NCBI RefSeq assembly: GCF_963921235.1
Contig: NC_086108.1
Location: 2,356,001-2,420,000, forward strand
Direction: 5' to 3'
Length of the DNA stretch: 64,000 nucleotides
From: Mobula hypostoma
Lineage: Eukaryota
The position numbers and the translations under genes were made by a program. Position 1 is the stretch's first letter. Every line of letters starts with the position of its first letter. The notes beneath the pieces were generated by a model. The model did no database searches and was not told the origin of the DNA. It saw nothing but the letters and a program-made list of their open reading frames with translations. Positions 12,761 through 26,063 of this stretch are shown here, piece after piece.

Positions 12761-12824
12761 AAGCTACAGAAATAAATAGTACAAAAGAGAACTAGCCATT
12801 TCATAGGTTCAGCCTGATAGTAGA

Positions 12825-13385
12825 CTATCAGATACAGGAGCAGAATTAGGCCATTGGGCACATTGAGTCTGCTCTGATCCACTTTCCTCTCAGCCCCCAT
12901 ATCTGGCCTTCTCCCCGTATCCCTTCATGTCCTGACTAATCAAGAACCTCTGCCATAAATATACCCAATGACTTGGCCTCCATAGCTGCCTGTGGCAATT
13001 AATTCCACAAATACACCACCCTCAGGTGAAAGAGAAATCCCTCCTCATCTCCATTCTGAAAGGATGACCCTCTATTCTGAGGCTGTGGCCTCTGGTCATA
13101 GATTCCCTCACCACAGGAAACATCCTCTCCCCCACCCCACTCCCATCCACTCTATCAAAGCCTTTCAACATTTGATGAGTTTCAATGAGGTCACCCCTCA
13201 TTCTTCTGAATTCCAGTGAGTAGAGGCCAGAGCCAGCAAACGCTCTTCATGTAACAGGCCTTTCAGTAATGGAATAAGTTTTGTGAACCTCCTATGGATC
13301 CCCTCCAATGTCAGCACAACCTTTTTTAGATTATGGGGCCCAAAGCTACTCACAATACTCAAGTATGAACTCACCGGTGCCTCAA
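12825..13385 (-). mobile_element. Decayed CR1 3' fragment
   Basis: LEGIHRRFTKLIP...LHEERL motif and CR1 3'UTR. Confidence 0.75.
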
Positions 13386-14904
13386 CATTACATGCTTTTA
13401 TATTTAGTCCTATTCTAGTTACATCCTGCGCGATCTGCTGGCAGAGGGGAAGAAGCTGTTCCTGAGTCATTGACTGTGGGTCTTCAGGGTCCTGTACCTC
13501 CTCCCTGATGGTTGCAATGAGAAGAGAGCAGCAGGTCAGGGAGCATCTAAAGAGGGAAGTGGACAGCCAGTGTTTCAGATGAAGGATTTCAACCTGAAAC
13601 TGTGACTGACAAACATCCAATACAGGCACTGGCGGCATACTGGTAGAGTCGCAGTTTCACAGCGCCAGAGACCCATCTTGACCCCCTGACCTCAGGTGCT
13701 GCATCTGAATGCAACGCTATTCCTGAGTCTCCATCCAGAACTTGTGTGACTGACAGTAGTGAAAACCAAGAGGAAGCTACTGGCACGATGAAGGAAGCCC
13801 TGAACGCCACCACAGATGGAAGATGTCATTGCTGTCCTAATCGCTAGTTGGATAATAGGCAGGACGTAAGTGAGGGGAACTTCTTCACTCAGAGGGTGGT
13901 GAGAGTGTGGAACGGGCTGCCAGGGGAAGTGATGGAGTGATGGGTGTGGGTTCAAATGCAATGTTTAAGATTAGTTTGGAGAGGAGGGTTTTAAAGGACT
14001 ATGATCCAGGTATGATTGATGGGACTAAGCAGAACAATTCAGCATGGACTAGATGGACTGAATGGCCTGTTTCTGTGTTCAATGACTCTTTTATTCTTGG
14101 TTCTTCTGAACTTCAGTTTAGCCTCTGTCATCCCTGAACCTAATCATTCTCCCTTCTTGCTGGTAAACTCCAGAACAAAGGAATACCTTTCCTAATGGAA
14201 TTTTTGGGCTAGCTACTTCTTTGTCTTTCTTTCAGATTCTCTAAGCTTTTCAATGTTCAAAAGTTCTAAGTAAATTTATTCTCAAAGCGCATATATGTTA
14301 CCATAGTCAACACTGACATTCATCTCCTTCAGGGTAGACTCAATAGATCCACAATAGAATGATAACCATAATCCATTCATCCATTTTGTGCCATGTTGTA
14401 TGATGTGGGTGATCATGGTCTTTCCATAACCATGATTGTTCTTGGCAAATCTTTCCACAGAATTGGTTTGCCATTGCCTTCTCTAAGCAGCATCTTTACA
14501 AAATGGGTGACCCCAGCCATTACCAATACTCTTCAGAGATTGTCTGCCTGGCATCAGTGGTCGCATAACCAGGACTTGTGATGTGCACCAGCTGCTCATA
14601 CGACCATCCACCACCTTCCCCCATGGCTTCACGTGACCCTGACCAAAAGGAAGATGTGCAGCGTGATACAAAGAGATCCCCCCTTCTCCAGCCATTTATC
14701 GCTTTCAACAATCAACTTCAAAGTAAAATTTATCATCGGAGTACAGACATGTCACCACATACAACTCTGAGATTCTTTTCTGCGGGCATACTTAGCAAAT
14801 CTATAGATCAGTAACTGTAAACTGTAAACATCAGGAACTATGAAAACTGTGCAAATGCAGATACTGTATAAATAAATAGCTGTAATGATGAGCATGAAAT
14901 TAAA

Positions 14905-16025
14905 AGAGGACCTGGAGATGAAAATCATGGCCCAGCTAGGGCACTGGTCAGGCCTTCTCAGGGTGCTTTCCTATCGAGACAGGGTGGTGGTCATAAACCA
15001 GCCGGTGGCCTCCATGTTGTGGTTCCAGATGGTCACCTTGGCCCCACCTGCTCCCTTTGTTGCAAGAATGCAGAGGAAGTTAGTGGACTTTTCTCTGGGG
15101 TAACAGGAAACACTGGGTCTCTGCAGCGGTCTTGAGTCTCCCAATTAGGGAGGGCAGACAGTCACTGGTGTGTGTCTGTACATGACTGGCAGCTCTCCGT
15201 CTCAGGACCCTGCAGAGATTCCCGTATGCCGAGCAGTCTCCCAGGTGGCACGTGTTAGCGACGTACTTTCTCCAGAGGGGCTGCTGTCTTCACGAAGAGA
15301 TGTGGCTACACCTGTACCACACCCTCCACTTCCGAGCCCTCGTCCACAGTCCCAACATGCCATGGCAGTCGGTCTTTCCACCTGGAGGTGAGGGGGATCC
15401 CCAATGGAGTCCTTTACAAGGGAGTTCTTCCCTTTCACCTTGAGGATCTGGGGTGGATGCTGCTGCATAAAGTGGTGCCCTGTAAGCAGTTCCTTAGTTT
15501 GTACACTAAGGAAGCATGTCACTTCTGCGGGCTAGAGGAGACCGTGTACCACATGTGCATGGAGTGCGTGAGGCTGCAGCCTATTTTTGCATATCTGTGT
15601 GGGCTGCTCCTCGCCTTCTGGTCACATTTTAGCCCCATCCCATTTATATACATTCATCCAGTAAGGATGGGGGCACGGAGGGATGAGGATGTCCTTGTCA
15701 ACTTGCTCCTGGGGCTGACAAAAACAGGTAGCCATGGGTTCTGGAAATGGGTGGCAGAGGGATCTGCCCGGCTACTACCTGGCAATATTTAAGGGATATG
15801 TCCGTGCCTGGGTAACAATTGAGAGGGAGCACGTGCTGTTCATGACAACCATAGAGGTGTTCTGGGACCATTGGGCCCTGCGGGGGATTAGCGCCATCAG
15901 GAATAGAAACATTCTATTCTAGTTTAATATTGTTTGTCTAGTAGTTGTGTAGTAAATGTGTTAGACACTGGTTTGCATATATTGTAGTGCTGAATTTGTA
16001 ATAAAGATATTTTGTATGAAAAAAG
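14905..16025 (+). mobile_element. Tx1-clade (L1-like) LINE, decayed ORF2 C-terminus
   Basis: LSYRDRVVVINQPVASMLW motif, CCHC finger CHFCGLEETVYHMCMEC, AATAAA and A-rich end. Confidence 0.82.
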
Positions 16026-16344
16026 TCCTTAAATGAGTGTAGTAGCTATCCCCCTTTGATCAGGAGCCTGACGGCTGAGGGGTAGTAAATATTCTTGGTG
16101 CCAGTCCTGAAGCACTTGTACCTTCTACCTGATGGCAACAGCAAGAAGAGAGCATGGTTTGGGTGGTGAGGATCTTTGATGATAGATGCTGATTTCATGT
16201 AGACGTGCTGAAAGGTTGAGAGGGTTGTACCCGTGATGTACTCTGCTGAATCCACTAGCTCAAAGGCACTGGTGTTCCCATACCAGGCTGTAGTGCAGCT
16301 AGCCAGCACACTTTCCAGCACACATTTATAGAAGTTTCCCAGCT

Positions 16345-16550
16345 CTTTACTTTGCCCCCTTCTCCTCCTGCCACCTCCCCCACCTTCTTACTCTGACTTC
16401 TCCCCATCCTTTCCAGTCCTGAAGAAGGATCTTGGCCCGAAACATCGACTGTTTACTCTTTCTCCATAGATGCTGCCTGAGCTGCTGAGTTCCTCCAGCA
16501 TTTTGTGTTTTTGCTTTGGATTTCTAGTATCTGCAGATTTTCTCATGTTT
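16345..16550 (+). mobile_element. PLE terminal-repeat remnant with degenerate hammerhead motif (16414-16451)
   Basis: cagtc-CTGAAGA-aggatcttggccc-GAAAC-ATC-gactg. Confidence 0.75.
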
Positions 16551-17399
16551 GGGATATGGGAAGAAGGTGGGAGGTTAGATCAGAGGGGGAAAATGGATCA
16601 GCCATGATGAAATGGCAAAGAAGGCTCGATGGACTAAATGGCCTAATTCTGCTCCTATATCTTATGGTCTAAGAGACAACAAACTGTGCAAATACAAAAA
16701 AGAAAGAAATAATAATAATAAATAAATAAGCAATAAATATTGAGAACGTGAGATGAAGAGCTTTAACCTTATATTTAGGTCTTTCCCTCACCCCCTTCCC
16801 AAGAGTGCATATAAAAACGTTTGTGTGACTTGACAGAACAAAGATCAAATGTACTTTACCAAGAGTCATGCAAGTATTGAAAGAACATATGTAGATTCTC
16901 ATTTACAATCTGCCATGGGTACTATGACTCCAGCAGTAGATTCAACACAAAACCATGCTTGAGAATTGTGCGTCACAGTTGCCCCAAACCTCCATTACCT
17001 GAGTTGCTGATTCATATTTTGCTGATTAACAAATGACACCCCCGAGTTCCGTGTGACTGAAGAGGAAACCTTGTTATTTGAAGCCCTGCCTGGTATGAAA
17101 CACCCAGAGGCAAAAGTCCCATGTGAACAGAGTAACCTGCTCACCGTACTGAGATGAGACTCGGGCCCTTCAGGAATTCCCTCCATTACACCACGCCCCC
17201 AGAATGAAATGGCATTTGGCCGCGTGATTGCAAATGAGGGAGAAGGATTCAGACAGCAGTAACTGAGGAGGGCAAAACAACTCAAGGTTGTGCACAAAAA
17301 TGAGCAGTGGGCAGCAACAGAGGGTCTTTGGAGAGTTGTTCCATCTGTGAAGTGACATCAAATCAGCACTTGTGTTGAGCGTGAAATGAAGCATTTTTC

Positions 17400-18745
17400 A
17401 AAGTCAAAGTAAATAGATTATCAAAGTACATATACCCATGTCACCACATACTGCCAACTTGAGTTTAATTTTCTTGCAGGCTTTACAGGGAAATAGAGAC
17501 ATACTATGGAATTTAATAAAAAAAAACTATGCAGAAACAAAGACTGAGAAACAACCAGTGTGCAAAAGACAACAAGCTGTGCAAATAAATAAAAAACACT
17601 GAGAACTTGAATTGTCAGGTCCGTGAAAGTGAGTCAATAGGTTCAGATCAGAGTTGTGGTGAGTGAAGTTATCCACACTGGTTCAGGAGCCTGATGGTCG
17701 AGGGGTAATAACTGTTCCTGAACCTGGTGGTGTGGGACCTGAGGCCCATTGTGGTGAGTGAAGTTATCCACACTGGTTCAGGAGCCTGATGGTTGTGGGG
17801 TAATAACTGTTCCTGAACCTGGTGGTGTGGGACCTGAGGCTCATTGTGGTGAGTGAAGTTATCCACACTGGTTCAGGAGCCTGATGGTTGTGGGGTAATA
17901 ACTGTTCCTGAACCTGGTGGTGTGGGACCTGAGGCCCATTGTGGTGAGTGAAGTTATCCACACTGGTTCAGGAGCCTGATGGTTGTGGGGTAATAACTGT
18001 TCCTGAACCTGGTGGTGTGGGACCTGAGGCTCATTGTGGTGAGTGAAGTTATCCACACTGGTTCAGGAGCCTGATGGTTGTGGGGTAATAACTGTTCCTG
18101 AACCTGGTGGTGTGGGACCTGAGGCTCATTGTGGTGAGTGAAGTTATCCACACTGGTTCAGGAGCCTGATGGTTGAGGGGTAATAACTGTTCCTGAACCT
18201 GGTGGTGTGGGACCTGGGGCTCATTGAGGTGAGTGAAGTTATCCACACTGGTTCAGGAGCCTGATGGTTGTGGGGTAATAACTTTTCCTGAACCTGGTGG
18301 TGTGGGACCTGAGGCTCATTGTGGTGAGTGAAGTTATCCACACTGGTTCAGGAGCCTGATGGTTGTGGGGTAATAACTGTTCCTGAACCTGGTGGTGTGG
18401 GACTTAAGGCTTTTGTACCTCCTGCTCGATGGTAGCAGTGAGAAGAGAGCATGGCCTAGATGGTGGGGGTGCTTGTTGTTGGACGCAGCTTTCCTGTCAC
18501 AGCGCTTCTTGTAGATGTGCCCAGTGGTGAGGGTGGTTTTACCTGTGATGGACTGGGCTGTATCCAACACGTTCTGTGATCTGTTCCATTCCTGGGCATC
18601 GATGTTCCCATACCAGGCTGAGATGCAACTAATTAGAATGCAGCTTTGGAAGTTTGCCAAAGGTTTTGGTGACATGCCGTGTCTATAGAAACTTCTAAGA
18701 AAGTGGCTGTACTGTCCTGCTTTCTTCGGGATGGCATTTACGTGC
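17400..18745 (-). mobile_element. Rex/Babar LINE 3' fragment containing a tandem array
   Basis: HHLGHALFSLLPSSRRYKSLKSHTTRFRNSYYPTTIRLLN, followed by the common 3' tail. Confidence 0.8.
17654..18403. repeat. Tandem array, 8 x 95 bp
   Basis: Unit ttgtggtgagtgaagttatccacactggttcaggagcctgatgg...cctgaggctca. The ORF track repeats at exact 95-nt intervals. Confidence 0.95.
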
Positions 18746-18829
18746 TGCCAGACTTGCTGGTTTGTCTAGATATCTTCACCCCTCCCACTGCCCGAAACAG
18801 CTGGATGCTTTTACCAGTATTTGCTGTAT

Positions 18830-19815
18830 ATAAATTATTTAGATGATAAATTGTTGCCAAGTTTGCAGATGATATGAAGATTGGTGGAGGGGAAGGTAGT
18901 GTTGAGGAAACAGGTAGGATGCAGAAGGACTTAGATTAGGAGAATGAGCAAGTAAGTGGCAAAAGAAATACAATGTTGGAAAATGCATGGTCGTGCACTT
19001 TAGTAGTGGAAGTAAATGTGCAGACTATTTTCTAAACAGGGAGAAAATCCAGGAATCTGAGATGCTGAGAGACTTGGGAGTCCATGTGCAGAACACCCTG
19101 AAGGTTAATTTGCAGGTTGAGTCAGTGGTGAGGAAGGCAAATGCCATGTTAGCATTCATTTCAAGAGGTTTAGAATACAAAAGCAAGGATGTGATGCTGA
19201 GGCTTTATAAGGCACTGGTGAGGCCTCACCTTGAGTATTATGAACAGTTTTGGGCCCCTGATCTTAGAAAAGATGTGCTGGCATTGGAGAGGGTCCAGAG
19301 GAGGTTCACAAGGATGATTCCAGGAGTGAAAGTGTTATCATATGAGGGACGTTTGATGGCCCTGGGTCTGTACTTGCTGGAGCTCAGAAGGATGAAGGGG
19401 GGAACCTCTTTGAAACCTTTCGACTGTTGAAAGGCCTAGACAGAGTAGATGCGGAAAGGATATTTCCCATGGTGGGAGAGTCTAGCACAAGAGGGCACAG
19501 CCTCAGGATAGTGGGGCACCCTTTCAAAACAGAGATCCGGAGAAATTTCTTTCGCAAAGTGGTGGTGAATTTGTGGAATTTGTTGCCACTTGCAGCTGTG
19601 GAGGCCAGGTCATTGGGTGTATATAAGGCAGAGATTGATAGGTTCTTGATTGGACATGGCATCAAAGCCTACAGGGAAAAGGCCAGGAACTGGCGTTGAG
19701 GAGGAGATAGAAAAAAGGATCAGCCATGATTGAATGGCGGAGAAGACTCGACGGGCCAGATGGCCTAATTTTGCTCCTATGTCTTATGGTCTAATGGTCT
19801 TATAGTCTTATGGTC
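18830..19815 (+). mobile_element. CR1 LINE 3' portion
   Basis: ORFs 18987-19430 and 19427-19699, with a (tcttatgg)n-type tail. Confidence 0.9.
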
Positions 19816-20021
19816 TAACTTCACTTGTCTGCATTTTCTAAAGTTGTGGCCAAAATCTCAGCATTTCTTACATTCCTTTCAACATCCAAGGGAGCTGGAA
19901 ATCAGAGCGACTTCTCCACCATGAAAGTTTTTTTTCTTAAGAATCGCTTCCTTTTCTACAATAATTTCAATCGATTGTTCCACATGCCCTGCTGATACAC
20001 TTTCACTTCCATCATCAGTTG

Positions 20022-23000
20022 CACCCCAGGGCGGGTAGTCAGGATGTGCGCAGCACAACTGGCAAGTGTGTTTACAGACATTTTTTAATCTCTCCCTCTC
20101 CCAGTGTAGAGTTCCCTCCTGCTTCAAAACATCCACCATTGTTCCTGTACCGAGACAGACCGAGGTAACATGCCTGAACGACTGGTGTCCTGTCGCACTC
20201 ACCTCAATAATAAGCAAATGTTTTGAGAGGCTGGTCAAGGATTACATCTGCAGCAAACTACCACCCACACTGGAAGCCTTACAATTTGCCTACCAACACA
20301 ACCAATTGACAGATGACGCAACAGCCATAACTCTACACACTGTCCTTACCATAGTCATAGTTATAGTCATACTTTATTGATCCCAGAGGAAATTGGTTTT
20401 CGTTACAGTTGCACCATAAATAATTAAATAGTAATAAAACTATAAATAGTTAAACAGTAATATGTAAATTATGCCAGGAAATAAGTCCTGGACCAGCCTA
20501 TTGGCTCAGGGTGTCTGACCCTCCAAGGGAGGAGTTGTAAAGTTTGATGGCCACAGGCAGGAATGACTTCCTATGACGCTCTGTGTTGCATCTCGGTGGA
20601 ATGAGTCTCTGGCTGAATGTACTCCTGTGCCCACCCAGTACATTATGTAGTGGATGGGAGACATTGTCCAAGATGGCATGCAACTTGGACAGCATCCTCT
20701 TTTCAGACACCACCGTGAGAGAGTCCAGTTCCATCCCCACAACATCACTGGCCTTACGAATGAGTTTGTTGATTCTGTTGGTGTCTGCTACCCTCAGCCT
20801 GCTGCCCCAGCACACAACAACAAACATGATCGCACTGGCCACCACAGACTCGTAGAACATCCTCAGCATCGTCCGGCAGATGTTAAAGGACCTCAGTCTC
20901 CTCAGGAAATAGAGACGGCTCTGACCCTTCTTGTAGACAGCCTCTGTGTTCTTTGACCAGTCCAGTTTATTGTCAGTTCGTATCCCCAGGTATTTGTAAT
21001 CCTCCACCATGTCCACACTGACCCCCTGGATGGAAACAGGGGTCACCGGTACCTTAGCTCTCCTCAGGTCTACCACCAGCTCCTTAGTCTTTTTCACATT
21101 AAGCTGCAGATAATTCTGCTCACACCATGTGACAAAGTTTCCTACCGTAGCCCTGTACTCAGCCTCATCTCCCTTGCTGATGCACCCAACTATGGTAAAG
21201 TCATCAGAAAACTTCTGAAGATGACAAGACTCTGTACAGTAGTTGAAGTCCGAAGTGTAAATGGTGAAGAATAAGGGAGACAAGACAGTCCCCTGTGGAG
21301 CCCCAATGCTGCTGATCACTCTGTCGGACACACAATGTTGCAAGCACACGTACTGTGGTCTGCCAGTCAGGTAATCAAGAATTCATGACACCAGGAAAGC
21401 ATCCACCTGCATCGCTGTCAGCTTCTCCCCCAGCAGAGCAGGGCGGATGGTGTTGAATGCACTGGGGAAGTCAAAAAACATGACCCTCACAGTGCTCGCT
21501 GGCTTGTCCAGGTGGGCGTAGACACAGTTCAGCAGGTAGACGATGGCATCCTCAACTCCTAGTCAGGGCTGGTAGGCGAACTGGAGGGGATCTAAGTGTG
21601 GCCTGACCATAGGCCGGAGCAGCTCCAGAACGAGTCTCTCCAGAGTCTTCATGATGTGGGAGGTCAATGCCACCGGTCTGTAGTCATTGAGGCCGCTGGG
21701 GCGCGGCGTCTTCGGCACAGGGACAAGGTAGGACATCTTCCACAGTACAGGAACCCTCTGGAGCCTCAGGCTCAGGTTGAATACATAGCAAAGTACTCCG
21801 CACAGCTGAGGGGCACAGGCTTTGAGCACCCTGGTACTGACACCATCCAGTCCTGCAGCCTTGCTTGGGTTGAGACGTTTCAGCTGTCTTCTCACCTGTT
21901 CAGCTGTGAAGCCCACCGTGGTGGTTTCGTGTGGGGAAGGGGTATAGTCATGAGAGCAGGGTGGGGGACTGTGAGGAGGAGTAGGAGGGGAGAGTGAAAT
22001 ATGTGATGGTTTGGGGGCCAACATCAGATGACTCATGTGGGGGATGGGCAGGGGCCATCTGTTAAGGAACAGGTTAAGTTCGTTGGCCATGTCCACACTG
22101 CCTTCAGTTCCTCTGTTGCTAGTTTGCCGGAACCCAGTGATGGTCCTCATCCCACTCCAGACCTCTCTCATGTTGTTCTGCTGGAGTTTCCACTCAAGCT
22201 TCCTCCTGTACCTGTCTTTAGCCTCCCTGATCCTGGCTTTCAGGTCCCTCTGTATTGCCCTCAGCTCCTCCCTATTTCCATCTCTAAACGCCCTCTTTTT
22301 AGTGTTCAGGATGTCCTTAATGTCCTTTGTCACCCATGGCTTGTTATTTGAATAACAAAGGACAGTTCTTGTCAGAACATTGCAGTCCACACAGAAGTTG
22401 ATGTAATCAGTGATGCACTCTGTGAGCCCATCAATATCCTCTCCATGTGGCTCACAGAGTGCCTGCCAGTCTGTCACCTCAAAACAACCCTGGAGCGCCT
22501 CATAAGCCTCCTCCGACCATTTCCTCACTGTCCTCGAGGTTGCAGGTTTACTCTTCACCAGAAGCATGTAGCAGGGTTTTAGATGCACCAGGTTGTGATC
22601 TGACCTTCCCAGTGGGGGGAGGGGAGAGGAGCTGTATGCATCCTTAACGTTAGCGTACATCAAATCCAGAGTCCTCTCCCCTCTGGTTGTACAGCTCACA
22701 TACTGCGTGAAGTTGGGCAGTGTTCTAGCCATGGTAACCTGGTTGAAGTCACCCGAGATGGTAATGAGGACACTCGGGTGCTGGGTTTGTAGTCTGGCTA
22801 TTACGGCGTAAATGATGTTACACGCCGACATCGGGTTGGCAGAGGGAGGGATGTACACAACAACCACAATTGCATGCGAGATTTCCCTTGGCAAATAATA
22901 TGGCCGGAGTCCAACAGCAAAAAGTTCAATATCCAGGCTACAAACACGTTCCTTGATCGTAATATGCCCAGGATTGAACCATCTGTTGTTACCAGAACCA

Positions 23001-24330
23001 CCAGCCCCCTTCCTTTACGCTTACCGCTCTCAGTGTAATTCCCGTCAGCTCGAATGGTCTGGAAGCCCTTTATGGAAACATTTTGATCGGGTATGTCCTC
23101 GTGCAGCCACGTTTCAGTAAAACACATGACACTGCTCTCCCGAAATGTTCTCTGACTCCTGACAAGCGCCATCAATTCGTCTATACACACGTGGAGAGGA
23201 GGAATCCTTATGTGAGAATGCTATTTTTGGACTACAGTTCAGCATTCAACACCATAATTCCCTCCAGGCTTGACAGGAAGCTCAGAGACCTCAGCCTTCA
23301 CCCTGCCTTGTGTCGCTGGGTCCTGGACTTTTCTGTCAGATCGCCGGCAGGTGGTAAGAGTGGGCTCCCTCACCTCTGCCCCTCTGACCCTCAACACATG
23401 TGCCCTCTGGGCTGTGTCCTAAGCTCCCTCCTTTACTCTTATATATCCATTACTGTCTCACCACCCACAGCTCCAATCTGCTAATTAAATTTGCTGACAA
23501 CACTCCACTGATTGGCCTAATCTCAAATAATAATGAGGCAGCCTACAGAGAGGAAGTCATCACCCTGACACAGAGGTGTCGAGAACACAATCTCTCCCTC
23601 AATGTTGCAAGAACAAAGGAGCTGGTTGTGGACTACAGGAGCAATGAAGACAGGCTAACCCCTGTTGACATCAATGGATCTAAGGTTGAGAGGATGAACA
23701 GCTTTAAGTTCCTCGGCATCCACTCCACTGACGATCTCACGTGGTCAGTACATACCGGCTGTATGGTGAGAAAGGCACAACAGTGTCTCTTTCACCTTAG
23801 ATGGTGAAGAAGTTTGGTGTGGGTCCCCAAATCCTAAGAACTTTCTACAGGGGCACAATTGAGAGCATCCTGACTGTCTGCATCACTGCCTGGTATGGGA
23901 ACTGTACTTCCCTCAATCGCAGGACTCTGCAGAGAGTGGTGCAGACAGCCCAGCGCATCTGTAGATGTGAACTTCCCACCATTCAGGACACTTACAAAGA
24001 CAGGTGTGTAAAAAGGGCCCGAAGGATCATTGGGGACCTGAGCCACCCCAACCACAAACTGGTCCAGCTGCTACCATCCGGGAAACAGTAGCGCAGCATA
24101 AAAGCCAGGACCAACAGGCTCCAGGACAGCTTCTTCCACCAGGCCGTCAGACTGATTAATTTATGCTGATACAATTGTATTTCTATGTTATACTGACTGT
24201 CCTGTTGTACATACTATTTATTATAAATTACTATAAATTGCACTTTGCACATTTAGACCGAGACGTACAGTAAAGATTTTTATTCCTTGTGTATACAAAG
24301 GATGCAAGTAATAAAGTCAATTCAATTCAG
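20022..24330 (+). mobile_element. Rex/Babar LINE (host copy), split by an insertion at 20351-23180
   Basis: ...AITLHTVLT at 20350 resumes as [25 protein letters not shown] at about 23188. KFADN motif, aataaag and (ttcaa)n tail. Confidence 0.88.
20351..23180 (-). mobile_element. Rex/Babar-type LINE with APE endonuclease and RT, about 2.8 kb
   Basis: CFTETWL, GDFNQ and SDH (APE motifs); GAPQGTVLSP and KFSDD (RT motifs). ORFs of 443 and 283 aa; AATAAA and (atgact)n tail. Confidence 0.92.
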
Positions 24331-24594
24331 ACTGAAAAAAAATATTTATTTCTGCCAGGTATTTATCCTCCAACTTAAACTTAATACTCTGAGACTCAGT
24401 GCTTGTATGTTGCTACTTCAAAAAGGAGCTGTACCCTACAGTAGCTCAGTTTTAGACTTACAGGAAAGATCGTGCTCAGTAAAATTTTGATCAGTAAAAA
24501 ACAAATTAGCAGAGAGGAGGCTACCTTGTCCATTGTACTTGAGCTAATTCTTTTGAGATATCATCATCAGTGATTCCTGGGGTTAATAACGAAA

Positions 24595-26063
24595 ACATGG
24601 GCAACAAAGATTTTGCTTCGTGAATACTTTTGGATTCATCGTATGGATTTTGGGTTGCTGATAATGAAAATCACCGTGAAATTTCACGATCATGCACTAT
24701 TTTTTTAAAAATCACCTATATTTTTAGATTATGAGGACACTCAGTCCTCGTTTATTGTCATTTAGAAATGCATGCATTAAAAATGATACAATGTTCCTCC
24801 AGAATGATATCACAGGACAAACCAAGACTAAAACTGACAAAACCACATACTTATAACATATAGTTACAACAGTGCAAGCAATACCATAATTTGATAAGAG
24901 CAGACCATGGGCACGGTAAAAAAAAGTCTCAAAGTCCCGATAGACTCATCATCTCACGCAGGCGGCAGAAGGGAGAAACTTTCTCTGCCATGAACCTCCA
25001 AGCACTGCAAACTTGCCGATGCAGCACCATTGGAAGCACCCGACCACAGCGGACTCTGAGTCCGTCCAAAAACTTCGATCCTCCGACCAGCCTCACCGAG
25101 CACCATCCTCTGCCGAGCGCTTCAACCCCACCCCGGCCGCCGAGCAACAGGCAAAGCCGAGGACTCGGGGCCTTCCCCTCCGGAGATTCTGGATCACACA
25201 GTAGCAGCAGCAGCGAAGCAGGTATTTCAGAAGTTTCACCAGATGTTCCTCCGTGCTCTCACATCTGTCTCCATCAAATCAGGATTGTGCACGGCCCCCT
25301 ACTTGACAAATAACAGACATCACCACCGGAGTGGCCGCTGCAAGCTGCGTCACGCCACCATCTTCTCCTCCCAATTTATATTTGTTATTGTATCTGTTAT
25401 TTCAATTCAAAATTCAAGTGAGAATAATTGAGGCCAAGATTAGGGAAAGCTTTTTTGTTGGTCCACAAATCAATGACAGGCAATTCAAAGAACTTCTGGT
25501 GGGACTGGAGAAAACCGCATAGAAGACATTTAAGGATGTTGTCATAAGTTTTCTTGGCAACTACAGAGCACTAAACTATATGCAGCTGGTTGACAACATG
25601 CTTCAAGCACACAAAACCACAAAGAGCAACATGTCACTAAAGATTCATTTTCTGCATTCCCATTTAGACTTCTTCCCTGCAAATCTTAGTGCTGTCAGTG
25701 ATGAGCATGGTGAAAGGTTTCACCAGGACATTGCGGTCATGGAGAAACTGTATCAGGGCAACTGGAATCCATCAGTGCTGGCTGATTATTGTTGGACACT
25801 TGAGCGAGAAGCCTCAGACACTGAGTACAAATGAAAATCATCAACAAAACATTTTTAGCTGAGTTGACTATGCAAAGTGTCAACACCATCATACAACTAA
25901 ATGTATTATATTCAAAAATATTCAATAAAAGTTAACTTCATGTTTTTCCAAATTCCTACATGATACAAGCAGTCTGAAATTATATTTATGTTCAGCTTCA
26001 AGCATTCTATCATAAAAAAAATTCTGAGCAAGCAACGCTAATGAGAAAATGTGTTGTCCACTG
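24595..26063 (+). mobile_element. Chapaev (CMC superfamily) DNA transposon, internally deleted
   Basis: MSLKIHFLHSHLDFFPANLSAVSDEHGERFHQDI...ADYCWTL is the Chapaev transposase C-terminal signature. Imperfect termini catgggcaaca / tgttgtccactg. Confidence 0.82.
24724..25371 (-). mobile_element. Family B non-autonomous element, copy 2, nested in the Chapaev element
   Basis: Colinear with 3807-4492. Possible TSD tatattt at 24717-24723 and 25377-25383. Confidence 0.78.

Noticed and set aside
17669..18341. Series of near-identical 65-aa ORFs suggesting a peptide gene cluster
   Set aside because: They are translations across the 95-bp LINE-derived tandem unit.
20498..22894. RT/endonuclease ORFs as a domesticated host gene or an active element
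   Set aside because: Stops and frameshifts separate the ORFs, the 5' end is truncated, and the copy is nested in another LINE.
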